Source: an uncultured Methanosarcinaceae archaeon
Lineage (GTDB): Archaea > Halobacteriota > Methanosarcinia > Methanosarcinales > Methanosarcinaceae
DNA: 64,000 nucleotides
Assembly (NCBI GenBank): GCA_963847185.1
Contig: CAWJYV010000010.1
Coordinates: 576,001-640,000, forward strand
Reading direction: 5' to 3'
Part shown: positions 61,415-64,000 of the stretch, in pieces
Position numbering within the stretch: position 1 is the stretch's first letter
Layout of the letters: each line of letters begins with the position of its first letter
Translations under genes and position numbers: made by a program
The notes under the pieces: model-generated
The model's database searches: none
Told to the model about the DNA's origin: nothing
The model's input: the letters and a program-made list of their open reading frames with translations, nothing else

Positions 61415-64000
61415 ATGTCACCTCTATCCAATCAAACTACATCGCCGGATCCGGCCCTAACGGCTCCAGATATCAAATGGTACACACTTGAGCCAGCGGA
61501 AGTCGCCAGTCGGCTCCAGGTCGATCCAGCCAAAGGTTTGAGCACCGCTGAGGCACAGCAGCGCCTGCAGCAGTATGGTCCGAACCACCTGGCGGATAAG
61601 AAAAAGGAGCCGGGCTGGCAGGCCTTTTTGCGTCAGTACCGCGATCTCATGCAGATCGTCCTGTCGGTGGCTGCGGCCGTCAATCAGCTCTTCACAGGAC
61701 AATGGGGGACCACGCTGGTGCTATTGAGCCTGACCGTCTTCAACGCGGTTCTGGGCCTGCGCCAGGAAGCAAAGGCCGAGGCCAGCCTGGCGACGCTGGC
61801 AGGAAAGATGAAAAACATTGCCCGTGTGCGACGGGACGGAGAGGAAAAGGAAATCGAGGCCGAAGGGCTGGTGCCTGGCGATATCGTGTTGATGGAGGCA
61901 GGCAACGTTGTCCCTGCTGATGGCCGTCTGTTCCTGGTGGCCACGATGGAGATTGAGGAGGCCGCCCTTACCGGCGAGAGCGTCGCCACGCTAAAGGACA
62001 TCACTGCCATTACCAAGCCTGAGGTCCCCTTAGGTGACCGCGTGAACATGGCGTTCATGAACACATCGGTCACCCGTGGTCGTGGCGAGATGATCGTTAC
62101 CACTACCGGCATGGACACCGAGATGGGGCATATCGCTGATCTTCTCAACAAGACCGAGGCAGATAAGACGCCCTTGCAGAAGCAGCTCGACCGGCTGACT
62201 ATGATGATTGCGGTACTGGCGGGCCTCGCTTTCATCCTGATGATCATATTGGGACTGCGCAATGGGCAGGCGCTGGACGCCATCTTCGTTGCCGGCGTGG
62301 CACTTGCGGTCTCGGCAATCCCAACCGGCCTGCCGGCCGTGGTAACCACCATGTACTCCATGGGCACGCGGGCGCTGGCATCCCATAACGCCATTGTTAA
62401 GCGGCTGCCTTCGGTGGAGACACTGGGCTCGGTCTCAGCCATCTGCTCCGATAAGACCGGCACGCTGACGCTTAACAAGATGACAGCTCGCGAGTTTGTC
62501 GTACCTGGCCAGAACCGTTACAAAGTGACCGGCGAAGGCTACAGCACACAGGGGAAGTTGCAGCATGCCGGTGGCGCCAGGATCGACCTCGATGCAGTAC
62601 TGCTGCCGATGGCGCTATGCGCCGACGCCCGCCTCGACGGTGAAACATTGATCGGAGACCCGACCGAAGGTGCGCTGATCGTGTTGGCCGAGAAGGGCGG
62701 CATCAGCGTGGAAGGAGCTCGACAGATGTACCCAAGAGTGGCCGAAGTACCGTTCGACTCAGACTACAAGTTCATGGCCACGTTCCACAACATGAAGAAC
62801 GAGCAGGGACAGCCGGTGGTTCGCTGTTTCGTCAAGGGAGCGCCGGATGTGCTGATTGCGCGTTCTGGTTCTTACTGGCTGCCGGGCGGCGATGTGCAGC
62901 CGATCACTGACGATAATCGCCATTTTGCGCTCCAGGAAAACGAGCGTATGGCTAAAGCGGGCGAACGCGTCATGGTGGTCGCCCGTCGTGACTTCGATAC
63001 TGCTACCTTCAATCCAAAGGGCAAACTGCTCGATCTGGTGAAGGATCTCACCCTCCTGGCCATGGTTGGCATCGTCGATCCCCCGCGGGCCGAGGCCAAA
63101 GACGCCATTGCCAAATGCCACAGCGCCGGCATCCAGGTGCGTATGATCACCGGCGATCATGCAGTGACCGCTGCTGCCATCGGTCACGAGCTGGGCATCG
63201 AGGGTACAGCTTTAACCGGGGCTCAATTTGCCGCCATTCCTGACGAGCAGTTGAAACAACAATTGGGCCAGATCGGAGTGGTGGCCCGCGTGTCGCCGGA
63301 GGATAAGATCCGGTTGGTGACGCTGCTCCAACAGAATGAGAACGTCGTGGCCATGACCGGAGATGGTGTCAACGATGCCCCGGCACTGAAGAAAGCCGAT
63401 ATCGGCGTGGCCATGGGTATCACCGGTACTGAAGTCTCCAAGGAAGCGGCGGTGATGATCCTGACCGACGATAACTTCGCCACTATCGTCAAGGCGGTAG
63501 AATATGGCCGTCACATTTACAACAACCTGTTCAATTTCGTCCGTTTCCAGATGGAGCAGTTAGTGGCATTCATTGCTTCCTACCTGCTGGCTGCGCTGTT
63601 CGTTGTGCTTGGAGGTACACCGTTCACACCACTCGTTATCCTGTTTCTGAACTACTTTATCACGGTCCCGGTGGGTGTCGCGCTGGGGTTTGATAAACCG
63701 GCCCCGGATCTGATGGAGAAAAAGCCCCGACCGATGAAGCAACCCATCTTGTCTCTTTCACAATGGGTACGCATCATCATTATCGGTATCCTGACTGCGA
63801 TTGCCACGGTCTATCTGGAGGCGATCTACGAGGTGACCACCATAGGCTTTGTTGCTTTTTCTCTCCTCAGCATTGTCATGGGCCTCAGCGCACGTAGCGA
63901 AACCGCTACCGCCCTAAACCGGGATATTTTGCATGATCGAAACCAAATGTTCCTATACGGCCTGGCTTTTTTGGTGACCTTCCTGGCAACCGAACTCGGC
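61415..64000 (+). CDS. P-type ATPase (P2-like scaffold), runs off the window end
   Basis: Not in the ORF track because there is no stop. ATG at 61415 after GAGGAG; GLS..EA.QRL..YGPN, LTGES, CSDKTGTLT, KGAPD, DPPR, MITGD, TGDGVNDAPAL. Confidence 0.93.
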   Translation, partial: MSPLSNQTTSPDPALTAPDIKWYTLEPAEVASRLQVDPAKGLSTAEAQQRLQQYGPNHLADKKKEPGWQAFLRQYRDLMQIVLSVAAAVNQLFTGQWGTTLVLLSLTVFNAVLGLRQEAKAEASLATLAGKMKNIARVRRDGEEKEIEAEGLVPGDIVLMEAGNVVPADGRLFLVATMEIEEAALTGESVATLKDITAITKPEVPLGDRVNMAFMNTSVTRGRGEMIVTTTGMDTEMGHIADLLNKTEADKTPLQKQLDRLTMMIAVLAGLAFILMIILGLRNGQALDAIFVAGVALAVSAIPTGLPAVVTTMYSMGTRALASHNAIVKRLPSVETLGSVSAICSDKTGTLTLNKMTAREFVVPGQNRYKVTGEGYSTQGKLQHAGGARIDLDAVLLPMALCADARLDGETLIGDPTEGALIVLAEKGGISVEGARQMYPRVAEVPFDSDYKFMATFHNMKNEQGQPVVRCFVKGAPDVLIARSGSYWLPGGDVQPITDDNRHFALQENERMAKAGERVMVVARRDFDTATFNPKGKLLDLVKDLTLLAMVGIVDPPRAEAKDAIAKCHSAGIQVRMITGDHAVTAAAIGHELGIEGTALTGAQFAAIPDEQLKQQLGQIGVVARVSPEDKIRLVTLLQQNENVVAMTGDGVNDAPALKKADIGVAMGITGTEVSKEAAVMILTDDNFATIVKAVEYGRHIYNNLFNFVRFQMEQLVAFIASYLLAALFVVLGGTPFTPLVILFLNYFITVPVGVALGFDKPAPDLMEKKPRPMKQPILSLSQWVRIIIIGILTAIATVYLEAIYEVTTIGFVAFSLLSIVMGLSARSETATALNRDILHDRNQMFLYGLAFLVTFLATELG

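Noticed and set aside
60222-63742. Several long minus-strand ORFs (for example 60222..61421 and 61684..62478)
   Set aside because: Antisense shadows of the GC-rich ppk2 and P-type ATPase genes.

Overview
This looks like a Methanosarcina chromosome segment. The assignment is inferred from the ackA-pta operon with a divergent isf, the vhtGACD/vhxGAC/hypCDABE hydrogenase cluster, and the S-layer and PKD proteins. The core blocks are: udg4-hsp20-two ferredoxins; an S-layer-domain gene; a HEAT lipoprotein operon; pta-ackA/isf; mtaB-glpX-GATase-cgi121; two membrane-bound [NiFe]-hydrogenase operons with maturation genes; PHP plus two glycosyltransferases; and two PKD surface proteins. The accessory material includes a MITE, two NACHT-HEAT genes (the second riddled with indels), a solo TnpB, a complete IS66-type element with an 8-bp target duplication, and a GC-rich ppk2 + P-type ATPase block next to two degenerate tRNA-Leu copies. 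The most notable observations are: (1) at 9.7-13.7 kb, small and mostly membrane or secreted genes (several too short for the ORF track) are separated by a family of imperfect palindromes, TCAGTGAC...GTYACTGA, which looks like a cassette array unlike canonical integrons; (2) two genes carry in-frame TAG codons while no confidently called gene ends in TAG, making them pyrrolysine read-through candidates; (3) the P-type ATPase has lost the canonical Ca2+-binding acidic residues; (4) one NLR-like protein has a near-identical HEAT repeat array with variable positions. All calls were made by eye from the sequence and no database searches were run.
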